From Candidatus Aminicenantes bacterium (lineage in GTDB: Bacteria; Acidobacteriota; Aminicenantia; UBA2199), in NCBI GenBank assembly GCA_963827565.1, contig CAWHBG010000001.1:448682-512681 (forward strand): a stretch of 64,000 bases of DNA, written 5' to 3'. Positions within the stretch are counted from its first letter, which is position 1; each line of letters begins with the position of its first letter. The notes below the pieces were generated by a model. It worked only from the letters and a program-made list of their open reading frames with translations, searched no databases and was not told the DNA's origin. Positions 8,780 to 18,825 of the stretch are shown piece after piece. The position numbers and the translations under genes are program-made.

Positions 8780-11596
8780 ATGAAACAGGAAAATGGATCA
8801 AGAGAGACTATCATTAATTCCCCAATAAAGAATTCATTTCTGAATAGGATTAAAACATTTAAAGACAAAAAAATTAATTCCCGTTATAGTTTAATTTCAG
8901 AACTCGGAAGTGGTGGTTTTGGAGTTGTCTACAAGGCATCAGATACAGTCCTGGAAAGGGAAGTTGCGATAAAATTTCTGAATCCCGACTACACCTGTAA
9001 TGAAAAAAAATTTCACAGGGTAAAACGGGAGATAAATATTTCCAGAAAGATAACCGATAAAAGAGTTGTGAAGATCTTTTCATTGGAGAGATATGAAGGG
9101 ATCTATTTCCTGGTGATGGAATATCTGGATGGAAAAAGTCTTAAGGACAAAATCAGAGAAGATGGCAGGATCGGGTGGAGTGAATTCAGTTTGGTATTTA
9201 TAAATATTCTTAAAGGTGTAAAAGCCCTTCATGATCAGGGGATAATTCACAGGGACCTGAAACCCTCTAATATAATGTTGGTTGGAGAGGGTGAGATCAA
9301 AATCCTTGATTTTGGATTATCTAAAGAGGTTGATGACCTGGAGCGGACATCATCTATTGGTGAATTGATCGGTTCTCCTCACTATATGTCTCCTGAACAG
9401 GCTGATATGGGTGAAATAGGTATGAGGTCGGATATATATCAAGTAGGCCTGATCTTATATAGGGTTTTATCGGATTCTATGCCTTTTGACGATTCTAAAA
9501 GCACATTTGAGCTTATTTATAAAAGAATTCTTGAAAAACCGAAAAAGATAGATCGGAAAAAGCTGAATATCCCCAAGTATGTAGAGTTCGGTATTTTTAA
9601 AGCCATCGAGAGAAAGGCTGAGAACAGGTTTAATTCAATAGTTGATATGATATCCTTTTTTGAAAAGGGAAACTTCTCATTAACAAGAAAGATCTTTCAC
9701 AATATAAAAAAATTCAAGTGGAGAATTGTATTCTTATCTCTATTGATTCTAACGGCAATATATGTTTTTTTGTCCCTGTTTGGTAATAGAGAAGTTTCAT
9801 TTGTAGAGTTCAATCAGAGTAATATTTCTGCTTATAATAATCTTGGAATCGGGTTGTGGGAGAAAGATTTTAAGCCATATACTATTAATACCTCGTTTAT
9901 CCTTGATAACAATATCAGGGTAGAGGCTGATACTAACAGAAACAATTTCAGTATTGATTCAAATAAAATACTTACTTTGCTTAATAACCATTCAGAGATA
10001 AAAAATATTTCAATTGGGTCCCGGGATCTGGATAACAAGGTCTCTATACTGACTAATGACGGACAGGAACTGGATAAGATCGGATTTTATACTTTTTTTG
10101 ATGTGGGAGTATATGATTTTTTCAAAAAATTCTATGCAAGTAAAATAATAAACACTGACATAGACCGTGACGGCCATAAAGAGAAAATTCTGTTTATAAG
10201 ACACTTCATGGATATGTTTCCAACTGCATTTGTTTTCATCAAGGACTCCAACATTTACAGTTATGCGAATCCGGGCACCATTTCAGATTATGTTTTTTTA
10301 AAACCTGAAAAGGGTAATATTAGAATCTTAATGTGCGGAGTCAATAATATCCTTTCCCACCTTTTTTTTGTAGCTGAAATAAATTTCCCTTTAAAAAGCA
10401 ATTTCCTGGTAAGACAGACAAGCATACCTAACCTGAGACAGCGTAATATATATCTGCCGGAATTCCTCAGTTTCATTCCGGATTTTTCAAGTTATGATAA
10501 TTCCGACTGGGAAAGATCCGGATTGGTGAAGTTCAAGGATTACAGATCAGGAAATGAAATCATGCTTACCAGAGATTATAAACTGACAATCAATGACGGA
10601 AAAAGTGTTGTTTCCTATTCAGATGACAAGGATAATCTCTTCAGGATTTACAATCAGATCAATCAGTATTATTCAGAAAAACTGTTGAGTAAAAACAATA
10701 AAAAAGCTTATGAACATATACTTCACTGCATTGATTTGGACCCACAGAACCCTTTCCTGAGGTCAGCGTTATTGTTCTTTAAAGGTGATCTCGAGATCGA
10801 AATGGGTCATCCGAAAATGGGCCGAAAAACACTTGAGAATTCCCTTGAATCCTATATGTACAATCGGGATGCAGCTCAGCGTTTATGTGAACTGGATTTT
10901 CTTGAGGGGAATCCTGACATTGCATACAGAAGGGCAAGTGAAGAATTGGGGCATATCAATACTTTCTGGGGGATAAGTTCGGGAAAGGAAATTTTTAAAA
11001 GTTATTGCAAACTTCAATTGGGTGATTTTTCCAAAGCACGGGAGATACTATCATTATCTGTTTTTAAATCTAATCTTTCCAATAGCAGAACTTTTCTGGG
11101 AATACTAAGTTTATTCTCCGGAGAATATATGGAGAGTCTTAAAAGATTTTCAACTCCTGATAAAAACCGGATTTTTACTATTGCTGAAAACAGGTTGTTA
11201 TTAAGCAGGGCGTTACTCCTCACCAATTCTGATATTAAAAAAGCTGAGTTTTATTTTAGTGATATTGCACTCCACTCTTTATCGTTATATCACCTGGCAA
11301 GGATATCTGATCACTATTTAAAACTAAAGAATGGTTCAGGTAAAGTTACAAGCAGAGATGTAAAAAGAGAGTTTAATGAACTGGTAAATCTTTCCAAAGG
11401 GAATTTCCACTCTAAGCTCTGGTTATTTTATGATGCTTATTTATATGGCAGAATAATGGAAATGCTGGACGATAGGACAGAGGCGGTAAAAGGGTATAAG
11501 TTGTCAATTGAGTCAAATCCATATACAGATCTTGCAGGAAGATCCAGATCGAGACTAAAAGTTCTAAATTATCAGTGTATAACTGATAAGGATTAA
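8780..11596 (+). CDS. membrane Ser/Thr protein kinase, tandem paralog 2
   Basis: 938 aa with the same architecture: GSGGFGVVYKA, VAIKFL, HRDLKPSNIM, DFGLSKE, SPHYMSPEQ, and TM helix WRIVFLSLLILTAIYVFLSLF. The C-terminal end is conserved with paralog 1 (KLWLFYDAYLYGRIMEM...GYKLSIESNPYTDL versus KLWLFYDSFIYSKIMEI...GYKISYESNPYSDL). The gap to paralog 1 is 5 nt. Confidence 0.85.
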   Translation: MKQENGSRETIINSPIKNSFLNRIKTFKDKKINSRYSLISELGSGGFGVVYKASDTVLEREVAIKFLNPDYTCNEKKFHRVKREINISRKITDKRVVKIFSLERYEGIYFLVMEYLDGKSLKDKIREDGRIGWSEFSLVFINILKGVKALHDQGIIHRDLKPSNIMLVGEGEIKILDFGLSKEVDDLERTSSIGELIGSPHYMSPEQADMGEIGMRSDIYQVGLILYRVLSDSMPFDDSKSTFELIYKRILEKPKKIDRKKLNIPKYVEFGIFKAIERKAENRFNSIVDMISFFEKGNFSLTRKIFHNIKKFKWRIVFLSLLILTAIYVFLSLFGNREVSFVEFNQSNISAYNNLGIGLWEKDFKPYTINTSFILDNNIRVEADTNRNNFSIDSNKILTLLNNHSEIKNISIGSRDLDNKVSILTNDGQELDKIGFYTFFDVGVYDFFKKFYASKIINTDIDRDGHKEKILFIRHFMDMFPTAFVFIKDSNIYSYANPGTISDYVFLKPEKGNIRILMCGVNNILSHLFFVAEINFPLKSNFLVRQTSIPNLRQRNIYLPEFLSFIPDFSSYDNSDWERSGLVKFKDYRSGNEIMLTRDYKLTINDGKSVVSYSDDKDNLFRIYNQINQYYSEKLLSKNNKKAYEHILHCIDLDPQNPFLRSALLFFKGDLEIEMGHPKMGRKTLENSLESYMYNRDAAQRLCELDFLEGNPDIAYRRASEELGHINTFWGISSGKEIFKSYCKLQLGDFSKAREILSLSVFKSNLSNSRTFLGILSLFSGEYMESLKRFSTPDKNRIFTIAENRLLLSRALLLTNSDIKKAEFYFSDIALHSLSLYHLARISDHYLKLKNGSGKVTSRDVKREFNELVNLSKGNFHSKLWLFYDAYLYGRIMEMLDDRTEAVKGYKLSIESNPYTDLAGRSRSRLKVLNYQCITDKD

Positions 11597-11668
11597 TCTT
11601 TTTGCTGTCAATTCCTGATTGAATTAAGTTCCCTTTACAAAATCATATCTTTTTAATAGTATTTGGTT

Positions 11669-12433
11669 ATGAAAATTGATCTTACCAATAAAATTGCAAT
11701 TATTACAGGGGGTTCCAGGGGGATAGGCGCGGCAATCGCAGAAAAGTTTGCGGATGCCGGAGCGACGGTTATCATTACCTTTAATACGGATATGAGATCA
11801 GCAGGAAATGTTCTCGATATTCTCCGGGGGGATGGCCATAATGCCGTGGGTTGTGATATTTCCGATCCGGACCAGATCCAGGAGATGGTGAAGAGGGTAA
11901 TTGATGAGTACGGCCGGATCGACATTCTTGTAAATAATGCAGGGATATATGAAGAGAAAGATTTCCGGGAGACCGATTTTAGTCAATGGAAAGAGATCTG
12001 GGGTAAAACTATAAGCTTGAACCTTACAGGTGCTGCAAATCTCTCTTTTCTTGCAGGGAAACAGATGATTTGTCAGGGTGGGGGCAAGATTATCAACGTG
12101 ACATCAAGGGGAGCATTCAGAGGAGAGCCGGAAGCTCCTGCGTACGGAGCAAGTAAAGCCGGTTTGAACTCATTCAGTCAGTCTCTGGCAAAAGCGCTTG
12201 CCCCATTTAATGTTCAGTCATATGCAGTTGCTCCAGGTTTTGTGGAGACGGATATGACTGAGAATATATTGTCAGGCCCTAAAGGGGATCAGATCAGGGC
12301 CCAGAGTCCTATGAACCGTGTAGCTAAACCAGAGGAGGTTGCAAATGCTGTCATCATGCTTGCTGCTCCGGGGAATGAATTTATGACAGGAACTATAATA
12401 GATGTTAATGGGGCGTCCTATCTCAGGAGTTGA
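11669..12433 (+). CDS. short-chain dehydrogenase/reductase (FabG-like)
   Basis: TGGSRGIGAAIA (TGxxxGIG), NNAG and YGASKAG (YxxxK). ATG 11669 is preferred over the TTG at 11663. Confidence 0.85.
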   Translation: MKIDLTNKIAIITGGSRGIGAAIAEKFADAGATVIITFNTDMRSAGNVLDILRGDGHNAVGCDISDPDQIQEMVKRVIDEYGRIDILVNNAGIYEEKDFRETDFSQWKEIWGKTISLNLTGAANLSFLAGKQMICQGGGKIINVTSRGAFRGEPEAPAYGASKAGLNSFSQSLAKALAPFNVQSYAVAPGFVETDMTENILSGPKGDQIRAQSPMNRVAKPEEVANAVIMLAAPGNEFMTGTIIDVNGASYLRS

Positions 12434-12454
12434 TCTATGTCTGAAGGTGACTTA

Positions 12455-13549
12455 TTATTCTTTTCTCAGAATAATAATTGAAAGGTCATCATAAAACCTG
12501 TTATTGCCTACAAAATGGTTAACAACCGAAATAAGATTATTCCCCATCTCCTTTGGAGAGAGGTTATTGTTCTTAATAATGGCATCTTTGAACCTGCCTG
12601 AACCATAGAATTCACCTTCAGGATTTGATGCTTCCGATACACCATCGGAATATATGATGAAATACTCACCTTTTTTCAAATTTACTTTCTCTTCTTTGTA
12701 TCTGGAAGTGTTCTTTATCCCCAGAGCTGGAGATCCTTTTGCAAGTTCCGATAAATTGCCGTTTCTCATTATCAAAGGAGGTATGTGTCCGGCATTAAGA
12801 ATATTAATATCTCCATGATTTTTCTTTAAAGAGACATAAACCATAGTTGCAAATCTATTGGATTCACTATCCCTGTGAAAAATAGAGTTGATCTTTGATC
12901 CGAGATCAGAAAGCGAACCGGAATCGGAAGCAAGGGCCCTGAGAGTGGACTGGAGTTTAACCATATACAGTGCTGCACCGAGTTCTTTCCCGGACACATC
13001 TCCTAGGACTATCCCGAAGTTTGTTTCATTAACAGGGATAAGATCCACCATATCCCCTCCAACACTATTAGCTGGTCTTGTATAGAGCCAGACGGACCAT
13101 CCGGGGACATCTGGATTTTCGTTAGGCATGAATGCCGTCTGAACAGCCCTTCCGGCACTCAGTTCGTCCACTGCTATGAGTTTATCCTTCAATTCAAGTA
13201 TTAGAATAAAGAGGAGTATAATTATAGAAAAAATAGAATTATTAAATGTAATGCCGCTATTGGTGTTGTTGATATTTACAAAAAGGAGAACAATAGCCAC
13301 AGCAAGAAGGAGTCTCCTTATCCTTGTCAGTTTGAAAAACATTATTCTTAAAAGCCATGCTGGAATGAAGAACAATTTTTTAAACCACCCCATCCTTTTC
13401 ATTTCCTCTTTCTGTTCTTCGGTCAGATAAAAATCAAGAGTTTCCGAAAGATCATATTTTACTTCACGTGTTATCTCACTTTCACGAAAATCTGTTTTTA
13501 CTGTTTCCCAGATACCTGACTTTTTTTTCCTGCGGTTTTTTGAATCCAT
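12455..13549 (-). CDS. membrane-anchored PP2C/SpoIIE-family Ser/Thr phosphatase
   Basis: 364 aa. N-terminal TM helices are followed by SpoIIE-type motifs: GGDMVD, GDVSGKELGAALYM, NAGHIPPL and YSDGVSEA. Confidence 0.8.
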   Translation of the reverse strand: MDSKNRRKKKSGIWETVKTDFRESEITREVKYDLSETLDFYLTEEQKEEMKRMGWFKKLFFIPAWLLRIMFFKLTRIRRLLLAVAIVLLFVNINNTNSGITFNNSIFSIIILLFILILELKDKLIAVDELSAGRAVQTAFMPNENPDVPGWSVWLYTRPANSVGGDMVDLIPVNETNFGIVLGDVSGKELGAALYMVKLQSTLRALASDSGSLSDLGSKINSIFHRDSESNRFATMVYVSLKKNHGDINILNAGHIPPLIMRNGNLSELAKGSPALGIKNTSRYKEEKVNLKKGEYFIIYSDGVSEASNPEGEFYGSGRFKDAIIKNNNLSPKEMGNNLISVVNHFVGNNRFYDDLSIIILRKE

Positions 13550-13964
13550 TTCTTCATTTTACCCTATATTTGTTACGCAAATCAAAGTTTTTTGTTTTTA
13601 ATTAGTTTTAGGCTATTCTTAATACGGGATTTATTATAAAATATGATATGGAGTTTTAATGGGTGTTTTTCGGAGAATTGCAGGTAAAATAAAGGGAGAA
13701 AAATTGGTCGTTTCCCGTTTCAGGGAAAATGGTGCACTCTCTGATTGAACTTGCAAAAGATTTGAGAGATATCGGTGAGATCAACAGGTCCGTTTTCAAT
13801 AAATTACGCAGAAAAGGGGTTATTGATGAAGGAGGCGGAGGTACATATTTCCTGAATGATCAAGGTCTTATGAAATACCGGATGGATAGAGTAAAATGGG
13901 CGATGATTATATTGTTTTTTATACTGATTCTCATTTTAATTATTTATAGGGGTTAATAAGATTT

Positions 13965-14846
13965 ATGAAAAAGTTATATAAAGAATTTAAAAATTCACTG
14001 AAAGATACTATTGCAGAAGAGGTGGTAGATCTTTTCCTTTTCAGGCCGGTAAGTTTTGTAATATTAAAATTTCTGGTCAAGATGCCTGTAACACCCAACC
14101 AGATATCAGCTCTATCCCTTATCGCAGGCATTACCAGTGGTATATATTTTTCATTCGGTGACAAAAGAAGTTTTCTTTATGGGGGATTATTTTTAATGCT
14201 ATGTCATATATTCGATCTTCTTGACGGAATGGTGGCCAGAGTTAAGAAGAATGGTACACCATACGGAAGGATTATTGACGGATGGGTGGATTATATTACA
14301 ACAATAGCAATTTATCTCGGTTTTCTGCTGGGGTTAATAAAAAGCGGAATTGAACTCCCGTTCGGACCCTGGCCTCTTATGCTTGCATCTGCTGTTGCAG
14401 TGGCACTCCATAGTGGAGTTGTTGATTATTACAGACAACAATACCTTTCAAGTGCAACTGGCAGGAATAATACGATCAGTAAAGACTTCAGAAAATTTCA
14501 TAGAAGGTATAATCATATAAAGAAAAAAAAGGAAATTATTTTGAAAAAATTCTCTTAATGGTATATTTCGGATATACAAAAATCCAGATTACCGGAACAC
14601 GTGATAAATCCAAAACCCTTGTGAAGAAGAATACAGGTTCCGGAAAAATATTACTTATATTCTGGAATATGATCGGAGTCTCAACGCATCGGTTTTTTCT
14701 TATTCTTGCAGCTGTTTTCTATATGCCCGATGATATTCTTCTACTATATTCTTGTATTTTCAAATATTCTTCTTATTATTATTTATCCTCTCCAGTGGAG
14801 ATTAGATAAAAGAGAAGATTCATCATCAGAGAACAATCCTGAATAG
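13965..14846 (+). pseudogene. CDP-alcohol phosphatidyltransferase, reading frame broken at least twice
   Basis: The complete signature DG-MV-AR-VKKNGTPY-G-RII-D-GWV-D (DGx2ARx8Gx3Dx3D) is present. The frame changes inside an A8 run near 14525-14532 (track ORFs 13965..14558 and 14558..14809). It changes again near 14735, after which a third frame reads PMIFFYYILVFSNILLIIIYPLQWRLDKREDSSSENNPE* ending at 14846. Confidence 0.6.
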
Positions 14847-14904
14847 TCTTTACCTATCTCAGTTTTTTTCGTATAATAATTCTAAATAAGAATCGGAGGA
14901 TCAT

Positions 14905-15928
14905 ATGAGGAAAGCAATTTTTTTTATTCTGATCACTTTAATTTTAATAACGGGGTGCAATGTGAAAAAATATAAGGATGACGGATTATATGCGGAAATA
15001 AGGACAAACGAAGGGGATGATAGTAGTAAAACTTGATTTTGATAAAGTCCCCATGACTGTGGCAAATTTTGCAGGTCTTGCGGAAGGGAAAATTCCCAAT
15101 TCGATTCAGAGATGATAGGAGAACCTTATTATGATGGGTTAAAATTTCCATAGAGTCATTAAGGATTTCATGATCCAGGGGGGAGACCCTCAGGGGAATG
15201 GTACAGGGAATCCCGGATACAGTTTCCCGGATGAATTCCATACTGATCTTAAGCATGACACCAGCGGGATACTTTCAATGGCAAATGCCGGGCCCGGGCA
15301 CAAACGGCAGTCAATTCTTTATTACACATCTGGCAACACCTCATCTGGATAACAAACATTCAGTTTTTGGGAAAGTTTATAAAGGAATTGATGTAGTAAA
15401 TCAGATTGCACAGGGAGATATAATAGAAAGCATAAGAATAGTAAAAGTTGGAAAAGAGGCGGAAGCATTTGATGCGCCGGCAGTTTTTAAAAAAATGACA
15501 GAAGAGAAGAAAATTATCATATGAATCAGAATTGAAAAGAAAGAATGGAAGAAGAGAGAAAAAATTATTGAAGATAAATGGCCGGGAAGAGTGACCACGG
15601 AATCAGGATTATGTATATAGTCCTCGAACGAAGGGAAAGGGAGATAAACCTAAAGTCAGGTGTAATGATCTCTGCACATTATACCGGAACATTCCTTGAC
15701 GGAAGAAAATTTGACAGCTCGGTTGACAAAGGGGACACCTCTGGAATTTCCTGTAGGTGTCGGGAAAGTTATTAAAGGTTGGGATGAGGCTCTGCTTGAT
15801 ATGAGAAAAGGGGAAAAAAGGGTCCTGATCATCCCATCCATCTGGCATATGGTGAACGTGGGGCAGGCGGAGTAATTCCTCCCCATGCGACTCTTGTTTT
15901 TCAGGTAGAACTGGTAGATATTAAATAG
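14905..15928 (+). pseudogene. lipoprotein peptidyl-prolyl isomerase with cyclophilin and FKBP domains in one frame (dual-family PPIase), multiply frameshifted
   Basis: GGAGGA RBS, then MRKAIFFILITLILITGC (lipobox). Cyclophilin pieces appear in three frames: [12 protein letters not shown] / [24 protein letters not shown] / YYDGLKF / [30 protein letters not shown] / [26 protein letters not shown]. After the TGA at 15522-15524 the same frame continues: IRIEKKEWKKREKIIEDKWPGRVTTESGL. FKBP pieces follow: [19 protein letters not shown] / [33 protein letters not shown] / [28 protein letters not shown]. Confidence 0.7.
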
Positions 15929-16976
15929 AATATATATTTAATAACCGGATACGTTCAAGATTGTGCGCTGACAGTTTGTTAAAAATTTCAGATCCTTTTT
16001 TTGACAGATGAGAGTTGGTAAAACCATAACCTCCATCCAGAAACAAGGTGTCATCACCGAGATCAAATTTTTTTTCATAGTTGTAGTTGAGAATGGTGAT
16101 GTTTTTGAATTTTCTTCTTCAGATTTATTAAGATGAATTTTGAACATTGTCCCTTTGAAACTTGTTTGTTCTGAAAGTTCCGATGAATTCGGGTATTACG
16201 AATAAGTACAACGTTTAACCTTTTCATTCCTCAACTGTTCAAGCAACTGAAGGAAATAATCCCCTTCGATTCCAGGAGGTTTTGTAAACGCCGATCCTTT
16301 AAATTTTTTTGTTACACAGTGAGAACTTTATTATTTTTTAATTCTGACCTTTTTTTGTCCCGGTATAAGATTGAAAAATATTTATATCTCTCTAAAAGGT
16401 GATTGTCAGAATGGAGTGAAAAGTCCTGAGGATATCTTTAATTATGATATCGATCTTTCCTTTATTCTTCATAATAGAATCTCAGGATGCAAGATAATCA
16501 ATATTCGGTGCTTATGTCATTCCCTAATTAAGTTCTGCGAGTGCTTCCGGTGAAGAGTAAAGATTGTAGATGAAATAGTCGATTCCGTATAATATCACCT
16601 TCGGCTATCCGCCATTTTTTTTGTACAATTTGTAAAAATAATAATTATATTTAGGTCCGAATCCGGCAAAACTCCATTTAAATGGATTAAGCTTATCATG
16701 GTTTTGATCAGATTTGGGATGAATTCCTTCATATGTTCTTGATGAACCCATTATAAGAGAATTATATTTATTCTCTTTCAAGTGATCCCTCAGTCTGTTC
16801 TCAAGATCGTTTGAAGAATAGAAATGGTGATTATACTCAAGGATAATGTATGTAAAAATTCTGTCAAACAGAAATAAAGAAAGGAGGAATAGAAATATTA
16901 ATGATATTTTTCTGGTTATTTTATTCATTTTACTATTTACAATATTAAAATTCCTGCCATCTGTATTATATTGCAA
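15921..16976 (-). pseudogene. DUF1574/SGNH-like membrane-anchored protein, multiply frameshifted
   Basis: The intact N-terminal ORF 16605..16976 (TM anchor, LIMGSSRTYEGIHP) stops at KKNGG*. The next frame continues PKVILYGIDYFIYNLYSSPEALAELN. Further fragments follow: KPPGIEGDYFLQLLEQLRNEKVK and NITILNYNYEKKFDLGDDTLFLDGGYGFTNSHLSKKGSEIFNKLSAHNLERIRLL*. The family assignment is tentative. Confidence 0.4.
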
Positions 16977-17050
16977 AACTATTGTTTAGAGAATAGTTTA
17001 ATTTCTGTTTAATTGACATTCTTTGAGCTTTTATATCTAATGTAGAATCA

Positions 17051-18019
17051 ATGTTGAAAAATGCCATGAGGATACTTGCTCTTTTTGGAGTAATACTATT
17101 TGTCTACTATTTTATCAGAGAGGGTCCGGGAAATATCTGGGGCAGAGTCAAAGAGCTGTCAATTCTCAATTTTCTTATCCTGCTTATTTTACGGTTAGTA
17201 ATCTGGTCGGTGAGGTCCTTTAACTGGTACATTATTTTAGGCAGGTTAGGAAGAAGGCCGGGTTTATTCAGAGTTTTCTCAGCCCGTCTGGGGAGTCATT
17301 CTTTGGGATATCTTACTCCGGCGGCCAAAATCGGTGGTGAATTTGCAAGGATATTTCTACTCGGAGATATGGATAAAAAAAAAATAATTGCTTCCGTGGT
17401 TATTGATAAAATGACCGAGTTTATTGCATCAATAATAATCGTATGCTGTGGTGTTTCGGTTTCGGTAATAGTATTGGATATTAATACCGGAATAAAATAT
17501 CTTCTTTTTTTAATAACTTTTTCTTTAGCAGGAGTTCTGATATTTTTTTTCAGAAAACAGAAAGAGGGAATATTAATGTGGTTTCGTAAGAGGATCAGGA
17601 TCGGGGAAAAATATCTCAGTAAAAAAGAGAGTGATATAGAGAAAACAGACAATTATATCTCCGGATTCTATAAAGGTAATAGAGGAGTCTTCAATTTCCT
17701 CCTTCTGAGTAATATGGTCAACTATCTAATATGGATTTTCGAGATATTTCTTACTCTCTCATTTATTGGGTCATTGAATATAACATTATTTAAAAGTTTC
17801 ATTATTGCCACTCTGGGCTCTTTTGCATTTATCTTTCCTTTATTACCAGGGTCGCTTGGTATATTTGAGGTCACCTACCTTGGTTTGTTTGAGTTATTGG
17901 GGATTAACAAGGTTATTGGCGTCGGATATATAATTGTCAGGAGGATACTGGGACTGACCTTTGCCGGGATAGGACTTTTTCCTGTTATCAGATCAGGATT
18001 CAATATGGAAAACAAATAA
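17051..18019 (+). CDS. flippase-like / lysyl-phosphatidylglycerol-synthase-TM-type (UPF0104) membrane protein
   Basis: 322 aa with ~8 TM helices. The N-terminal pattern (ILNFLILLILRLVIWSVRSFNWYIIL) is typical of UPF0104 proteins. It sits among lipid head-group genes. Confidence 0.55.
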   Translation: MLKNAMRILALFGVILFVYYFIREGPGNIWGRVKELSILNFLILLILRLVIWSVRSFNWYIILGRLGRRPGLFRVFSARLGSHSLGYLTPAAKIGGEFARIFLLGDMDKKKIIASVVIDKMTEFIASIIIVCCGVSVSVIVLDINTGIKYLLFLITFSLAGVLIFFFRKQKEGILMWFRKRIRIGEKYLSKKESDIEKTDNYISGFYKGNRGVFNFLLLSNMVNYLIWIFEIFLTLSFIGSLNITLFKSFIIATLGSFAFIFPLLPGSLGIFEVTYLGLFELLGINKVIGVGYIIVRRILGLTFAGIGLFPVIRSGFNMENK

Positions 18020-18027
18020 TTTTTTTA

Positions 18028-18720
18028 TCAGAACTCGGGTATGTTAGTGTCCTTTTCAGACCTGAGTCTATAGAAGATTATAGTCCTTACTGAAATGCTG
18101 AAAACGGCCTGCACAAGGACAATAAGGATCAAAATATCGAGTTTATTTAATACCGAAAACACTAAAATTGCAAATATCAATAAACCTCTTGCCTCGGCAC
18201 TGTCACCCATTGTGAGTTTATTTCTGAACATTTTGATCATATAAAAAAGTATAATCTGAAGAGCATAAAGCACTGTTGCCAGCAATGACAATAGTAAAAA
18301 AAATGAATTGCCAGAGTATATAAAATATCCGGCTGAAATGCCCGATAAAATAATGATATCGGCAATCCGGTCCAGGAAGAGGTCAAGGAATGCTCCATAC
18401 CTTGTGCACATGTTTTTTGATCTTGCCAACATACCGTCTGCACAATCAAATACAGATGAAAATTGTATGAAGATTCCTGCCGCTATAAAAAATTTATATT
18501 CTCCCAACGAAAACAAAATTGCTGAAATAATTCCGAGAATAAAAGCTAATACTGTTATATGATTGGGAGTTATTTTTGTTTTGAAGATCAATCGTACAAT
18601 TAGTGATGCTAACGGCCTTGTAAAATATCTTTCAATTCGCAGGTAGTGAATTATTGGGTATCTGGGTCCTTCTTTAAGTGAATTTTGAAAACTAAAATTA
18701 TCTGATTTTTTTTTTTTCAT
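18028..18720 (-). CDS. CDP-alcohol phosphatidyltransferase (intact copy)
   Basis: 230 aa, polytopic. It carries the full signature DG-ML-AR-SKNMCTRY-G-AFL-D-LFL-D. Confidence 0.8.
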   Translation of the reverse strand: MKKKKSDNFSFQNSLKEGPRYPIIHYLRIERYFTRPLASLIVRLIFKTKITPNHITVLAFILGIISAILFSLGEYKFFIAAGIFIQFSSVFDCADGMLARSKNMCTRYGAFLDLFLDRIADIIILSGISAGYFIYSGNSFFLLLSLLATVLYALQIILFYMIKMFRNKLTMGDSAEARGLLIFAILVFSVLNKLDILILIVLVQAVFSISVRTIIFYRLRSEKDTNIPEF

Positions 18721-18825
18721 GATATAAAAACAAATTTTACATAAGTAGAAACTTTTTCACAACGTGAATTTATTAAATAGTTCCGGATTTGAATTTTTTA
18801 TTTTTGTAATATATAAAATTAGTAA

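Noticed and set aside
13660-13956. Possible single gene formed by MGVFRRIAGKIKGEKLVVSRFRENGALSD* (13660-) and the 75-aa ORF 13729..13956
   Set aside because: There is no recognisable family to confirm continuity across the frame change. It is plausible given the indel-rich block but unsupported.
15522-15524. In-frame TGA between the cyclophilin and FKBP parts as selenocysteine or programmed readthrough
   Set aside because: The codon lies in a charged linker, not at a redox site. There is no obvious SECIS-like hairpin right after it. The surrounding block is full of indel and substitution noise, so an error or a simple mutation is more likely.
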